Assembly (NCBI GenBank): GCA_964550175.1 | Contig: CAZJXP010000001.1 | Span: 322,774 to 386,773, forward strand | Origin: an uncultured Methanosarcinales archaeon | GTDB lineage: Archaea > Nanobdellota > Nanobdellia > Woesearchaeales > ARS49 | Direction of reading: 5' to 3' | Length of the DNA: 64,000 nucleotides | Notes under the pieces: model-generated | The model's database searches: none | Told to the model about the DNA's origin: nothing | Seen by the model: only the letters and a program-made list of their open reading frames with translations | Part shown: one piece after another, positions 10,548-21,503 of the stretch | How positions within the stretch are numbered: the stretch's first letter is position 1 | Layout: the number at the start of each line of letters is the position of its first letter | Translations under genes and position numbers: made by a program

Positions 10548-10618
10548 TGCAGATTTTGCGTTTGTGTGAGGTCGTCGATAATCCATACCGACACTCGACC
10601 AATCGGGGCGGTAAAAAG
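10548..10618. repeat. Intergenic palindromic element copy (CAGATTTTG ... CCAATCGGGGCGGTAAAAAG subtype)
   Basis: Near-identical over about 70 nt to the copy at 59432..59500. Confidence 0.7.
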
Positions 10619-10757
10619 TTTGGCAAGGACGAGAGAGCGTGACAAAAAATCATTTATTCATCAGATATCTTTAAATACGGCTGATTAGCACTTTCCAGTA
10701 TTCGCGCTCACCGAACAACCATTCGGTGGCGCACGAGCCTGCTTCGGCAGTCTCTTT

Positions 10758-10828
10758 GCGCTTGTGGTCTAATGGTAGAATACGACCTTGCCAAGGTTGT
10801 GATGCGGGTTCGATTCCCGCCGAGCGCA
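10758..10828 (+). tRNA. tRNA-Gly (anticodon GCC)
   Basis: GCGCTTGTGGTCTAATGGTAGAATACGACCTTGCCAAGGTTG...GGGTTCGATTCCCGCCGAGCGCA. Confidence 0.85.
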
Positions 10829-10860
10829 CTTTCGCGAAAAAGTCAGTAAAAGAAATCATT

Positions 10861-10935
10861 GCTCCTGTCGTCTAGACCGGTCAAGGATGGAGCCCTTTCG
10901 AGGCTCTGACACGGGTTCAAATCCCGTCGGGAGCA
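10861..10935 (+). tRNA. tRNA-Glu (anticodon TTC)
   Basis: Acceptor GCTCCTG/CGGGAGC, anticodon loop CTTTCGA, T-arm ACGGGTTCAAATCCCGT. Confidence 0.8.
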
Positions 10936-10938
10936 CTT

Positions 10939-11439
10939 ATGGCCGAGCACGTCATCTTAGTGGATCCTCACGACAAGGAAATCGGCACTTCTGAGAAATT
11001 GCAGGCGCACAAAGATGGCAAATTGCACCGCGCGTTCTCCATTTTCGTCTTCAACAAAAACGGCGAGATGCTGATTCAGCGTCGCGCGCTGACGAAGTAC
11101 CATTGTGGGGGGTTGTGGGCAAACACTTGTTGTGGACATCCTCGGCCGGGCGAGAAACTGGATGCGGCCGCGCACCGACGCATCAAGGAAGAATTAGGGT
11201 TCGACTGCCCGATGCGCGAACAATTGCACTACACGTACAAAACGTCGTTTGAAAACGGATTAACTGAACACGAATATCTGCACGTTTTCGTCGGGCAGTT
11301 CGACGGCACGCCGAAATTAAACGCGGAAGAAGTTTCCGAAATCAAGTGGGTTTCCGTCGATGAAATCAAGCAGGAACTCAAACAGCATCCGAAGCACTAC
11401 GCGTTCTGGTTCCACGAAAGCATGCAACGATTATTCTAG
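10939..11439 (+). CDS. idi: Isopentenyl-diphosphate delta-isomerase, type 1 (NUDIX fold)
   Basis: 166 aa; HRAFS, conserved Cys (NTCCGHP) and E-rich NUDIX-like segment typical of IDI-1. Confidence 0.75.
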   Translation: MAEHVILVDPHDKEIGTSEKLQAHKDGKLHRAFSIFVFNKNGEMLIQRRALTKYHCGGLWANTCCGHPRPGEKLDAAAHRRIKEELGFDCPMREQLHYTYKTSFENGLTEHEYLHVFVGQFDGTPKLNAEEVSEIKWVSVDEIKQELKQHPKHYAFWFHESMQRLF

Positions 11440-12062
11440 CAGCAGAAGCAGCTTCGCTCGTCATACACTTCAGGGAAGTTCATGTACCAGTCGTAATCGC
11501 AGTCCGCGGTCTCGGTGCGCAAGACCGACTCAGAGTTCGCGCCGATGATGTGCGACTCGACTTCCCAACGGACTGTCATGGCGCCGGTGCATTTGAACCC
11601 CCTGTTACCGCAGGCCGTGTCGCACGAGCCCGACGTGATGGTCGTCGATGAGCACGGCTGGTTCATCCGGTTTTCTAAAACGTCAATTCGGCCCTGCATG
11701 TCGTTGACGGTGCCGATGAGATCATCGATGGCCGCCTGTTGGTCCGCACAGCAGCCGCTCGACGTGTCCGTTGAGGTTGTATCCTCAGGCGTGTCGCTCG
11801 TTTCAATCTCGCCGAAAATTTCCGTGAAAAACCGGTTCCAGAATCCCGGCTTGATGTCGACAGTCGTTTCCAGCTTCGCAGACTCGGGCGGATTGACCGT
11901 CGACGCGCCGAGCTTCGAGGAGCTCGCCACCGCGCCCGTTAACAGATTAGATGAATGCTTGACGACCCAGCCGTCGTGAAAAGGAGAAGATGACACCGCG
12001 ATTGCGGCCGCCAACAAGATGGCGACGACGATGATGGGCGTATGGTTCGGTTTCATCAGCAA
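11436..12062 (-). CDS. Secreted cysteine-rich protein (paralog 1)
   Basis: Signal peptide IIVVAILLAAAIAVSSSPFHDGW, about 12 Cys, C-terminal CFCC; paralog of the next gene. True start may be 6 nt in (MKPNH). Confidence 0.6.
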   Translation of the reverse strand: MLMKPNHTPIIVVAILLAAAIAVSSSPFHDGWVVKHSSNLLTGAVASSSKLGASTVNPPESAKLETTVDIKPGFWNRFFTEIFGEIETSDTPEDTTSTDTSSGCCADQQAAIDDLIGTVNDMQGRIDVLENRMNQPCSSTTITSGSCDTACGNRGFKCTGAMTVRWEVESHIIGANSESVLRTETADCDYDWYMNFPEVYDERSCFCC

Positions 12063-12454
12063 CAGACGCAGTCGCGCACGAGGATTCTGTCACCCGGAGT
12101 GCCGAAGACGCACGAAGGTTTTGATTCATCGCCGCAGTTGCTCGTTCCGCACGAGAAACCCCACTTGTTGTTCCGGCTCACGTCTCGTATCGACGCGCCG
12201 CTGCACTGCAGGCCTTTTATTCCGCAGGAATAATCGCAGTCGCCGTACTGAGAAAGCACGCTTCGGCAGGCGCTCGGACGGTCATTGACCGCCAAACCGG
12301 TGATGGTCTCAACCGAGTTCGGCTTCTCCGCGTCGCGCAAAATCATGGAGGAGGAATACTTGACGCTCCAGCCGTCGTGGATAGGCGAGGACGAGACCGC
12401 TATCGCAACGGCCAAGAAAAACATCAATCCTACGAATCCATGCTGCGACTTCAT
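12056..12454 (-). CDS. Secreted cysteine-rich protein (paralog 2)
   Basis: Signal peptide FFLAVAIAVSSSPIHDGW, about 12 Cys, C-terminal CVCC; shares N- and C-terminal motifs with the previous gene. Confidence 0.6.
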   Translation of the reverse strand: MKSQHGFVGLMFFLAVAIAVSSSPIHDGWSVKYSSSMILRDAEKPNSVETITGLAVNDRPSACRSVLSQYGDCDYSCGIKGLQCSGASIRDVSRNNKWGFSCGTSNCGDESKPSCVFGTPGDRILVRDCVCC

Positions 12455-12684
12455 CGAACACCTCTTTATAGTTAGTGTTGGTTATTTCGCATATAAAAAG
12501 GCTCTGGTTGAACGTTTACTTTGACGACGATACCACAAAATCGGCAAGGGACAGCGTGTCGGGAAAAGTAACGACGTGCAGTTGATTTGGCGGACTGCAA
12601 GTCCGCCGCGTCTCGTTGCACCTCCAGATGGTGCACGTCATCTGAGCGGAAGCTTTATAAAAGACCCATCGTGAGCAACAAACC

Positions 12685-12792
12685 ATGAAACGAGGCTCAC
12701 GCCGCTGGAAGAAGAAACAGCAAATGCGATGGAAGTGGCAGCGTAAGCGAATGAAGAAAGAGAAGCGAAAGCGAGCCGCTCGCACCGCCTAA
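12685..12792 (+). CDS. rpl41e: Ribosomal protein L41e (35 aa, unannotated because under 60 aa)
   Basis: MKRGSRRWKKKQQMRWKWQRKRMKKEKRKRAARTA, an extremely basic K/R/W peptide matching the L41e pattern. Confidence 0.5.
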   Translation: MKRGSRRWKKKQQMRWKWQRKRMKKEKRKRAARTA

Positions 12793-13172
12793 TGGGCCTC
12801 TTTGATTTTTTTAACCGTTCTACGACAATTTCTTTCGTTTTGAACTCGCCTGATTTGGTCCGTTGCGCCCAGTGCATTCAGATCACGTTGCAGCAGGCCG
12901 ACGACAAAATCGCGAACGTCGGGCCGCTGCGCAAGGAGGATTACGTCTCGATCGGGTCGAGCATTCTGGTCTGTGCGAAGGAATATTCCGGGTTGCCGTC
13001 GGAAAAACCCGCGGTCGTTTCGGTCAAATTGCACGACGCGAAGCTGATTTCGATAGCGCGCGGCGTGAAGCAATTCCTCGAAGCGGCAGACGTTGACAAG
13101 CGACCCGCCGTCAGCGCGCAACGGACGCTGAAGTTGTTGGGCAACGCGCTGATGCGCGAATTCAGGCAATAA
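12792..13172 (+). CDS. Hypothetical protein (126 aa)
   Basis: GC3-rich ORF; the opposite-strand ORF is Arg-rich and less protein-like. Confidence 0.4.
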   Translation: MGLFDFFNRSTTISFVLNSPDLVRCAQCIQITLQQADDKIANVGPLRKEDYVSIGSSILVCAKEYSGLPSEKPAVVSVKLHDAKLISIARGVKQFLEAADVDKRPAVSAQRTLKLLGNALMREFRQ

Positions 13173-13216
13173 CGAAATATATTTATATCATTACAGTCTT
13201 TGTAACACAAAACCCC

Positions 13217-13747
13217 ATGGACGCCCTCTTCGTTAAAACCGTAATCGGCTGGCTCGTGTTGTTATTGCAAATCCTGATCATGTTCTCACTGTTTTCTTTG
13301 TTCATTCCGTCGATACGGAAATCGCGCGCATTCGCCTTGCTCAAGAAAAACGCACTTTTGATCTCATTCCTGATTGCCCTCACCTCAATGCTCGGCAGCC
13401 TGTTCTTCTCGGAAATCCTGGGCTGGGAGCCGTGCGTGCTGTGCTGGTACCAGCGCATCGTGCTCTATCCGCTCGTGTTCATCTTCGGAACGGCGCTGCT
13501 GCGCAAAAAAACGGACTCGTTCACGTATGCGATTCCTTTGGCAATTGTCGGGCTGTTCATCGCCGCGTACCATTTCATCATCCAACTACTGGCAAAATTC
13601 GGAACGGAAGTCGCGTGTTCAACGAACGGAGTCCCGTGCAACGTCTCACCGACGTGGATGTTCGGCTACGTGACGATCCCACTCATGGCATTCACCGCGT
13701 TTACCGCAATCCTTTTATTCGCTTGGATGCACGGAACAAAAGAATGA
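13217..13747 (+). CDS. Disulfide bond formation protein B-like (DsbB/BdbC family) membrane oxidoreductase
   Basis: Four TM helices, PCVLCWYQR motif and a second Cys pair (CSTNGVPC). Confidence 0.75.
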   Translation: MDALFVKTVIGWLVLLLQILIMFSLFSLFIPSIRKSRAFALLKKNALLISFLIALTSMLGSLFFSEILGWEPCVLCWYQRIVLYPLVFIFGTALLRKKTDSFTYAIPLAIVGLFIAAYHFIIQLLAKFGTEVACSTNGVPCNVSPTWMFGYVTIPLMAFTAFTAILLFAWMHGTKE

Positions 13748-14088
13748 AAACGATCACGTTGTTCGGACTTTTTGCGCTGCTTCTTTTTGTCGTCGGATGC
13801 GCGCCCAACCACGACGTGCTGGCGGACTGCTTGTCCGCGAACGGGGTGAAATTCTACGGCGCATTCTGGTGCCCGCATTGCGAGGCGCAAAAGGAATTAT
13901 TCGGATCTTCCGTAGACCGATTGCCGTACATCGAGTGTTCGCTGCCGGACAAATCCGCGCAGACTCAAGTGTGCGTCGACGCGAACGTCGAAAGCTATCC
14001 GACGTGGGAGTTTGCCGACGGAACGCGACTGACCGGCGAACAGCCGCTCGATAGACTGGCGATAAAAGCGGGTTGCGCTGTTGAGTGA
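13744..14088 (+). CDS. Secreted thioredoxin-fold (DsbA-like) protein with CPHC active site
   Basis: Lipoprotein-type signal (LLLFVVGCA), FWCPHC motif; ATG overlaps the dsbB-like stop (ATGA). Confidence 0.7.
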   Translation: MKTITLFGLFALLLFVVGCAPNHDVLADCLSANGVKFYGAFWCPHCEAQKELFGSSVDRLPYIECSLPDKSAQTQVCVDANVESYPTWEFADGTRLTGEQPLDRLAIKAGCAVE

Positions 14089-14700
14089 TTTTTCTACGAC
14101 CGCACTAGCGACGCTACAAAAATAGCCGGTAAAAAGTCAACGTGCGAAGAAGCTGTAACGAAATAAATGCGACCTGCCGTTGCGGCGGTTGGCGGGCGCA
14201 GCCCCGGCCAGCAATGCCGCCAAAAACACGACTTTTTCTGCCATTTTACCCCCTTTAAATACCTCGACGATACCTTTATATACAACCTACTAGGTTCTTC
14301 AGCTATTCCCTTCACGACGAAGGGAATCTTTGATCAACACCAACAGTTCTGTCCATCACCAACCTCGGTTGGAAGGCGGTATTTCCCCGCTGCGAGACGA
14401 ATGTCAGCGAACTCACAACATCAGATGTTGTGCGCTCATATTCATGAATGCGCATCGCTACAGATGCGCACGATGAACGAACAACCAAACTGTCAATTCT
14501 AGAGAGTTTTATAGTGATGCTTCGAGATTAAGCTCGAACGTATTTTTGACACGGATACTTTTTCGAAAGGAAAATTATCGTGCGAAAACAGCAATGTTTT
14601 TCGTGTCAAAAACGATACTTGCGACCAAAATAAAAAGTTAATGAACGCGGCCTCGACAGCAATGTCGAGATGTTCATAGCTTGCAATTAGACGAAACGTC

Positions 14701-16171
<1,471 letters not shown>

Positions 16172-16292
16172 TTTCTTTTTTTCAATAAAATGAAAAACTG
16201 AATAATCATGTTGATATTGACACCGAGTAACATCGGTCATGGGAAAATTTATTTTTCCATGAGTTTGGTTGTTCGATTTTTTTCATACTCCG

Positions 16293-16364
16293 GGGCTCGT
16301 AGCTCAACGGTAGAGCGCTCCCTTTGCAAGGGAGAGGCTCCGGGTTCAAATCCCGGCGAGTCCA
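16293..16364 (+). tRNA. tRNA-Ala (anticodon TGC) in the 16S-23S spacer
   Basis: GGGCTCGTAGCTCAACGGTAGAGC...CTTTGCAAG...GGTTCAAATCCCGGCGAGTCCA with the G3:U70 identity pair. Confidence 0.9.
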
Positions 16365-16500
16365 TGTTTTGATTTGGAAAACGAATCACATTCGAATCCA
16401 GAATCGACACATGGACGAGACGGTGCAGGAGAACGCGCAAGCGTTCGACTCGCACCGGCGAGTCCGGAATCACAAGAAAAAACGTACTGCGACGATACGA

Positions 16501-16560
16501 CAAAATCTGCAGGGGAAAAGCAAAGCTGGGGAACCAGAAACTTTTTACCGGCACGTTTGG
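16501..16560. repeat. Palindromic element fragments inside the 16S-23S spacer
   Basis: CAAAATCTGCAGGGGAAAAGCAAAG followed by CTTTTTACCGGCACGTTTGG, about 140 nt downstream of tRNA-Ala. Confidence 0.6.
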
Positions 16561-16829
16561 AAGTTCGTTCGTCAGAAACGTAGTCACAAAGTTCACAGGA
16601 AATCATCAAGCTCATTGGTTCATAACGATGGGAAACGCTCGGCGGCTGTATTGCGTCGATCGATTGGTTAAGGAAATGAGTATGACAAATTTAATGGGTG
16701 ACCGTTGTTCACAACGGTCACGCGGAACAACAGGTTCCGTGATGTCTTCACTCTCATTTTGATGCGACCGTGCATGAGGCCTATATTGCATAAGATAGGG
16801 AAATCGACTTGAAAGAAAGTCAAATTAAC

Positions 16830-19800
16830 TTATATGGTGGAGGACTTGGTTCTCGACGCCGATGAAGGACGTGGCAAGCTGCGATAAGCTTCGGCGACCC
16901 GCACGCAGGGGTTGACCCGGAGATCTCCGAATAGGACTTCCTTTTAAGACCGCAAGGTCGGGGAACGGGGGGAATTGAAACGTCTTAGTACCCCCAGGAA
17001 AAGAAACCAATAGGGATACGGTGAGTAAGAGCGACTGAAAACCGCATACGACAAACCGAATCTTGCATTGAAAGATGCAAGGCATGTGGTGTGATAAGGA
17101 CTTTCATTTAGGCTACGCTCGATACGACAAAGTCGCCTGGAACGGCGCGCCAGAGAGGGTGATAGCCCCGTCGTCAGTGTTGAGAGAGCTGAGAAAGTAT
17201 CCTGAGTACTGTCCCTCGGAAATGGGGCAGGAAGATGGGAGGCATCTACTTCCAATCGTAAACACGTCGAGAGTCCGATAGCGTACAAGTACCGTGAGGG
17301 AAAGTTGAAAAGAACCCGTGACAGGGAGTTCAAAGAGCCTGAAACCATATAAGGATAGTCCTCTAATGCTTCAAGGAGTGTTAGAGTCCGTTGCGAATAA
17401 TGTGCCAGGGAGTGCCGGGGATGTGGCGAGGGTAAGCAGATCATCTGCGGACCCGTAGCGAAAGCGACACGCACGCAGGTAACAAGGTGCGCGGTATGAA
17501 AGTGCCGGAAGTCACATCATGGCAACCCGAAACCACTCGATCTAATCCTGAGCAAGATGAAGCGGGGGTAAAACCCCGTGGAGGTCTGAAGAGGTTCTGG
17601 ATGCATCCGTTCTTCTGACTTGGGATTAGGGGTGAAAAGCCAATCGAGAGTGGTGATAGCTGGTTCCTTCCGAAATTGGCCATAGTCAAGCCTCAAGCGA
17701 GATGGCGTTCGCTGTAGAGTCACAGATTGGGGGCTTAGGCTTCGAAAGAGGTCGGCCCTTTGTCTAACTCCGAATACGAGCGCGTCGTAGACCTTGGGAG
17801 TCGGGGCGTCGGCGTAAGGTTGATGTCCAAGAGGGGAACAACCCAGACATACATTAAGGTCCCTAAGTACCAATTAAGTGTGAAAGGCGAAAGGTTGTTC
17901 ATTGCCACAGACAGCGAGGAGGTAGGCTTAGAAGCAGCCACCCTTTAAAAAGTGCGTAACAGCTCACTCGTCAAGGCAATGAGTACCTACAATGGACGGG
18001 GCTAAATTGGTCACCGATATGTATGGCATCTCAAAAGGATGCGGTAGGAAGGCGTTCGGTGCGCGTAGAACGTGGCTTGAAAGGGCCACGGGAGCGCTTC
18101 GAAATGAGAATCCTGGCGTGAGTAGGATCATAGTGCTGTGAGAATCAGCATCGCTGAAAGGGCAAGGGTTTCTAGACACTGTCGATCAGTCTAGAGTTAG
18201 TCGGTCTTAACTGCGACCCCCACTGGGTCGTGTGAGGAAAAGGCAACAGGTTAATATTCCTGTACCATGTGTGTATGTGCGGCAACGCAAGCGTCATTAC
18301 CGACGCTTCGGGGTCAGTCGACACGAACTGTCGTTCGTGCTAAAGAAGATACAACCGAGGAGTATCGTCATGATGAGAATCGGTTGAACACTCTGAATGG
18401 TTCCGCTTTGCGGAATTCGGCCTATCCCTGGAGCCCGTGAAAAGGGAAAGACGAAAAATCACATATGTCCGTACCCAGAACCAGCACTGGTGCCCCTAGG
18501 TGAGAAGCCTCAAGTGTGAAGGAGACAACCCGGGCGAGGGAACTCGGCCAATTGGTCCCGTGCCTTCGGTAGAAGGGATCCCTGCGGCCGTGTGCATATG
18601 CATGGCGGCGGCAGGGCGCAGAGACCAGGGGTTCCCGACTGTTTAACAAAAACACAACTTCGTGCGAAGCTGAAAAGCTGTGTATACGAGGTGACGTCTG
18701 CCCAGTGCAGGTATCCGAATACCCTTTTCAAGGGGTTAAAGGACCTGTAAACGGCGGAAGTAACTATAACTTTCTTAAGGTGGCATTTACGACTGCCTTA
18801 GTGGGGTGTGAGACCCCTTCGATTGATTCACGCGCGCCGTGAACGACGAAAAAATCTGGCTATATGCTGGAACATCTGTTGCTGTTTTCGAATTTTAAAA
18901 CGAAAACAGCGTCAACGCAAGTTGATATCCGGTTGCATTGGTAACGGTGCAAACGCAGACAATCAGCAGGAAAGGCCGAGGCGACTTTTCGGAGTGTAAT
19001 AACTCCGAAGCGAAGCTTCGGAATCCTCAGAGACTGCATGCCAAGACAGCATTTTATGGAGAGCTCATCACTCACCGACATCAGCAATGATGGAAATGTT
19101 GAAGATACAGTCCGAGCTTAACAGCGATGTTAAGAACGTGACAGAAATGATCATGTCGTCAAGCAATTGACGTAACAAAAATGAGCGAAATGCCTTGTCA
19201 TTTGATTGGTGACGTGCATGAAGGGCGCAACGAGGTCCCCACTGTCCCCGCCCGGAATCCTCTGAAACCCCCTTCTGGTGCAAAGGCCAGAGAAGTCCAG
19301 TAGGAAGTGAAGACCCCGTGAAACTTTACTGTAGTCTGTCGCTGTGACGTGGAGATCATTGCATAGGGTATGCAGGAGCCGTTATGCGGAAACTTTCGGG
19401 TTTCCGATAGGCACCGATGTAACACTGCACTCTGATTTCCGCGCCGCTCACCCGATTGGGGACACCGATTGACGGACAGTTCGGCTGGGGTGGCACGCCG
19501 ATGAAAACATATCATCGGCGCCCAAAGGTTGGCTCAGACGGGTCAGAAATCCGTCGTAGCGTGCAAGGGCATAAGCCAGCCTGATTGGAATCCGATCAAG
19601 AACGATTCCAAACGCGAAAGCGTGGCCTAGCGAACCTCACTGCGCCTCTTGATGAGGCCGTGGGATGACCGAAAAGTTACTCCGGGGATAACAGAGTTGT
19701 CGCGCCTGAGAGTTCACATCGACGGCGCGGCTTGCTACATCGACGTCGGCTCTTCCTCTCCTAGGTGTGCAGTAGCATCTAAGGGTACGGGAGTTCACCG

Positions 19801-20105
19801 GTTAAAAGGGATCGTTAGCTGGGTTCACAACGCTGTGAGGCAGTTGGTATACGATCCACTGGACTTGCATAAACTTCTGAGGGGAAGGAAGACATAGTAC
19901 GAGAGGAACTGTCTTTCGTGGCCTCTAGTCTACCGGTTATCTGACAAGGTATTATGCCGGGCAGCCACGCCATATGGGATAAACACTGAAAGCATCTAAG
20001 TGTGAAACCCACCTCGAAAAGAGAAGAAAGGACGCTCATAGAAGATGAGTTCGATGGAAACGGGGTGTACGTGTTTAGGTAACGAGACACTCAGCCTGCG
20101 TTCCC
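16830..20105 (+). rRNA. rrl: 23S ribosomal RNA, interrupted by a ~402-nt intron
   Basis: GATGAAGGACGTGGCAAGCTGCGATAAGC near the 5' end; conserved GTAACTATAAC, CCCCACTGTCCC and GACCCCGTGAAACTTTACTG blocks; GAAAGCATCTAAG near the 3' end. End coordinates approximate (+/-20 nt). Confidence 0.9.
18782..19183 (+). other. Intron within 23S rRNA, between CTTAAGGT and AGCGAAAT (domain IV)
   Basis: The universally contiguous CTTAAGGT|AGCGAAATTCCTTGTC is split by ~402 nt with no 23S similarity. No LAGLIDADG-like ORF inside (only 63-75 aa junk ORFs). Confidence 0.75.
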
Positions 20106-20338
20106 CAAAAGTCCGTTATTACTTTATTTTATGTTTTGTAGGATGATCATTCAGGCAACTTTATGATCAATGCGCCTTCGGCGCTCTCATGCACGGTCGT
20201 TTCTTTTTTTTATTCTAGTTTTATTTCATTTTCAATGGATTCAGCGTGAGCTGGATTCTGAAAAATCATTTTTGAATGGAGCTAGCGAGAGCCATATTAT
20301 GACTGAACAGTTAATGAAAAAGCAATAAATAGAGTTAA

Positions 20339-21130
20339 TTAATTACTAGGAATAATTATTGTTCCAGAAATATCTCCTTTTTTGATTTCTTCAGAACTTA
20401 TAAGCATCACACGTTTATTTGTTTCAGTTAAGAAACTTTGACATTTATTAATAAGCTCGGTTGTTTTTGCTAACAAATCAGCATTTTGAGATTGAACTAC
20501 ATTCAAATCAAGATATTGCAATTCTGCTAATGTTATTCGACTATCATGTCTATCTTTATTCATGAACAAAGAAACCACTTCGTGCGTATGTCCAAAATCA
20601 TCATATTCTACATGTTTAAATTTAAACAAGGATGGTTTTGTGTTTATCATCCCCATGATTTTAAATTTTGCAAAGTTAAATATTTGTTTAGCATTTTCTT
20701 TTAGCAACGGGTCTTCCGATTTAATATGTTTAATGGCTCTAAACCAACCCCCCTCATACTGACAAACTGGGTCAATTTGAGTTATTACTGTATTGGGAGT
20801 TAGAGTTAATTCATCTGCTTTCAAAAATAAGCAACATAAGGAAGAGCAGCAATGAACTGGCACGTATACTTGAAAGGAGGATAGATTTTCTCTCAATATG
20901 TACGCCATAATAATTGCTGTTTTAAAATCGCCACCCTCACCATGAAGTATGACCGTTAAATTTTTACTAATGCTTGACTGCATAAAATCCATAAGCCATA
21001 TTTCATCATTTTCTTGGATTTCCTTATGATGAGCATAAATTAAAAAAATAAATTCGCGACCAAGGATTAACTTTATTTCTGCCTTAACTGAATAAATTTC
21101 TTTATTCAATAAGTCTAATTTATCTTGCAT
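20339..21130 (-). CDS. ClpP/S49-fold (crotonase-like peptidase fold) protein in the AT-rich island
   Basis: Segment LHGEGGDFKTAIIMAYIL...VYVPVHCCSSLCCLFLKAD...TPNTVITQIDPV parallels ClpP INSPGG...MAASMG...PNS.IMIHQP. Cys-rich where ClpP has the catalytic Ser region. AT-rich codon usage. Confidence 0.4.
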   Translation of the reverse strand: MQDKLDLLNKEIYSVKAEIKLILGREFIFLIYAHHKEIQENDEIWLMDFMQSSISKNLTVILHGEGGDFKTAIIMAYILRENLSSFQVYVPVHCCSSLCCLFLKADELTLTPNTVITQIDPVCQYEGGWFRAIKHIKSEDPLLKENAKQIFNFAKFKIMGMINTKPSLFKFKHVEYDDFGHTHEVVSLFMNKDRHDSRITLAELQYLDLNVVQSQNADLLAKTTELINKCQSFLTETNKRVMLISSEEIKKGDISGTIIIPSN

Positions 21131-21285
21131 ATTAACCTAAACGTGTCACTACATATATATTTAATGCTGCATTACAAATGATATCTAAATAACATACAAT
21201 TAATATACAGGAAGCTTTATAAATCAATTAAACCGTATAAAGTCATAATAACAGACGTACCTATCGGCAGCTGTGGAGGTGCTAT

Positions 21286-21498
21286 ATGGGCAAACAAATA
21301 AATATTCGTCTTTCGGATAAAGCAGTGAAAGAATTAGAGGACTTAAGAACTCGATTAAATTTAAGTTCGATTTCTGATGTGATTCGTGGTAGCATAGCTC
21401 TTCAAAAATTCATTGAAGATGAAAAAAGTAAGAATAAAGAAATTGTTCTAAAAGATAAACGAACTAACAAAGAACAAGTTATTGTAACCCTTAGGTAA
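21286..21498 (+). CDS. Small ribbon-helix-helix-like DNA-binding protein (70 aa)
   Basis: N-terminal beta-strand/helix pattern INIRLSDKAVKELEDLRTRL typical of RHH (CopG/Arc). Confidence 0.4.
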   Translation: MGKQINIRLSDKAVKELEDLRTRLNLSSISDVIRGSIALQKFIEDEKSKNKEIVLKDKRTNKEQVIVTLR

Positions 21499-21503
21499 AC
21501 CTA

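Noticed and set aside
12516-13210. Arg-rich ORFs 12516..12785 -, 12638..12877 -, 12789..13169 - and 12941..13210 - overlapping the L41e-like and 12792..13172 + genes
   Set aside because: The composition (R/C/F-rich) is not protein-like. The plus-strand ORFs have better codon bias and one matches L41e, so the others are kept only as shadows.
14167-14502. 111-aa ORF in the rRNA operon leader region
   Set aside because: It lies in the 16S upstream leader between the thioredoxin-like gene and the 16S, has poor protein-like composition, and is more likely promoter or leader/processing-stem sequence (an inverted repeat GTATTTTTGACACG / CGTGTCAAAAAC sits at 14540-14620).
20106-20340. Possible 5S rRNA downstream of 23S
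   Set aside because: No 5S-like conserved blocks (for example CCCGAACACGGAAGTTAAG-type) were found in the AT-rich 3' flank. 5S is presumably encoded elsewhere, as is common in archaea.
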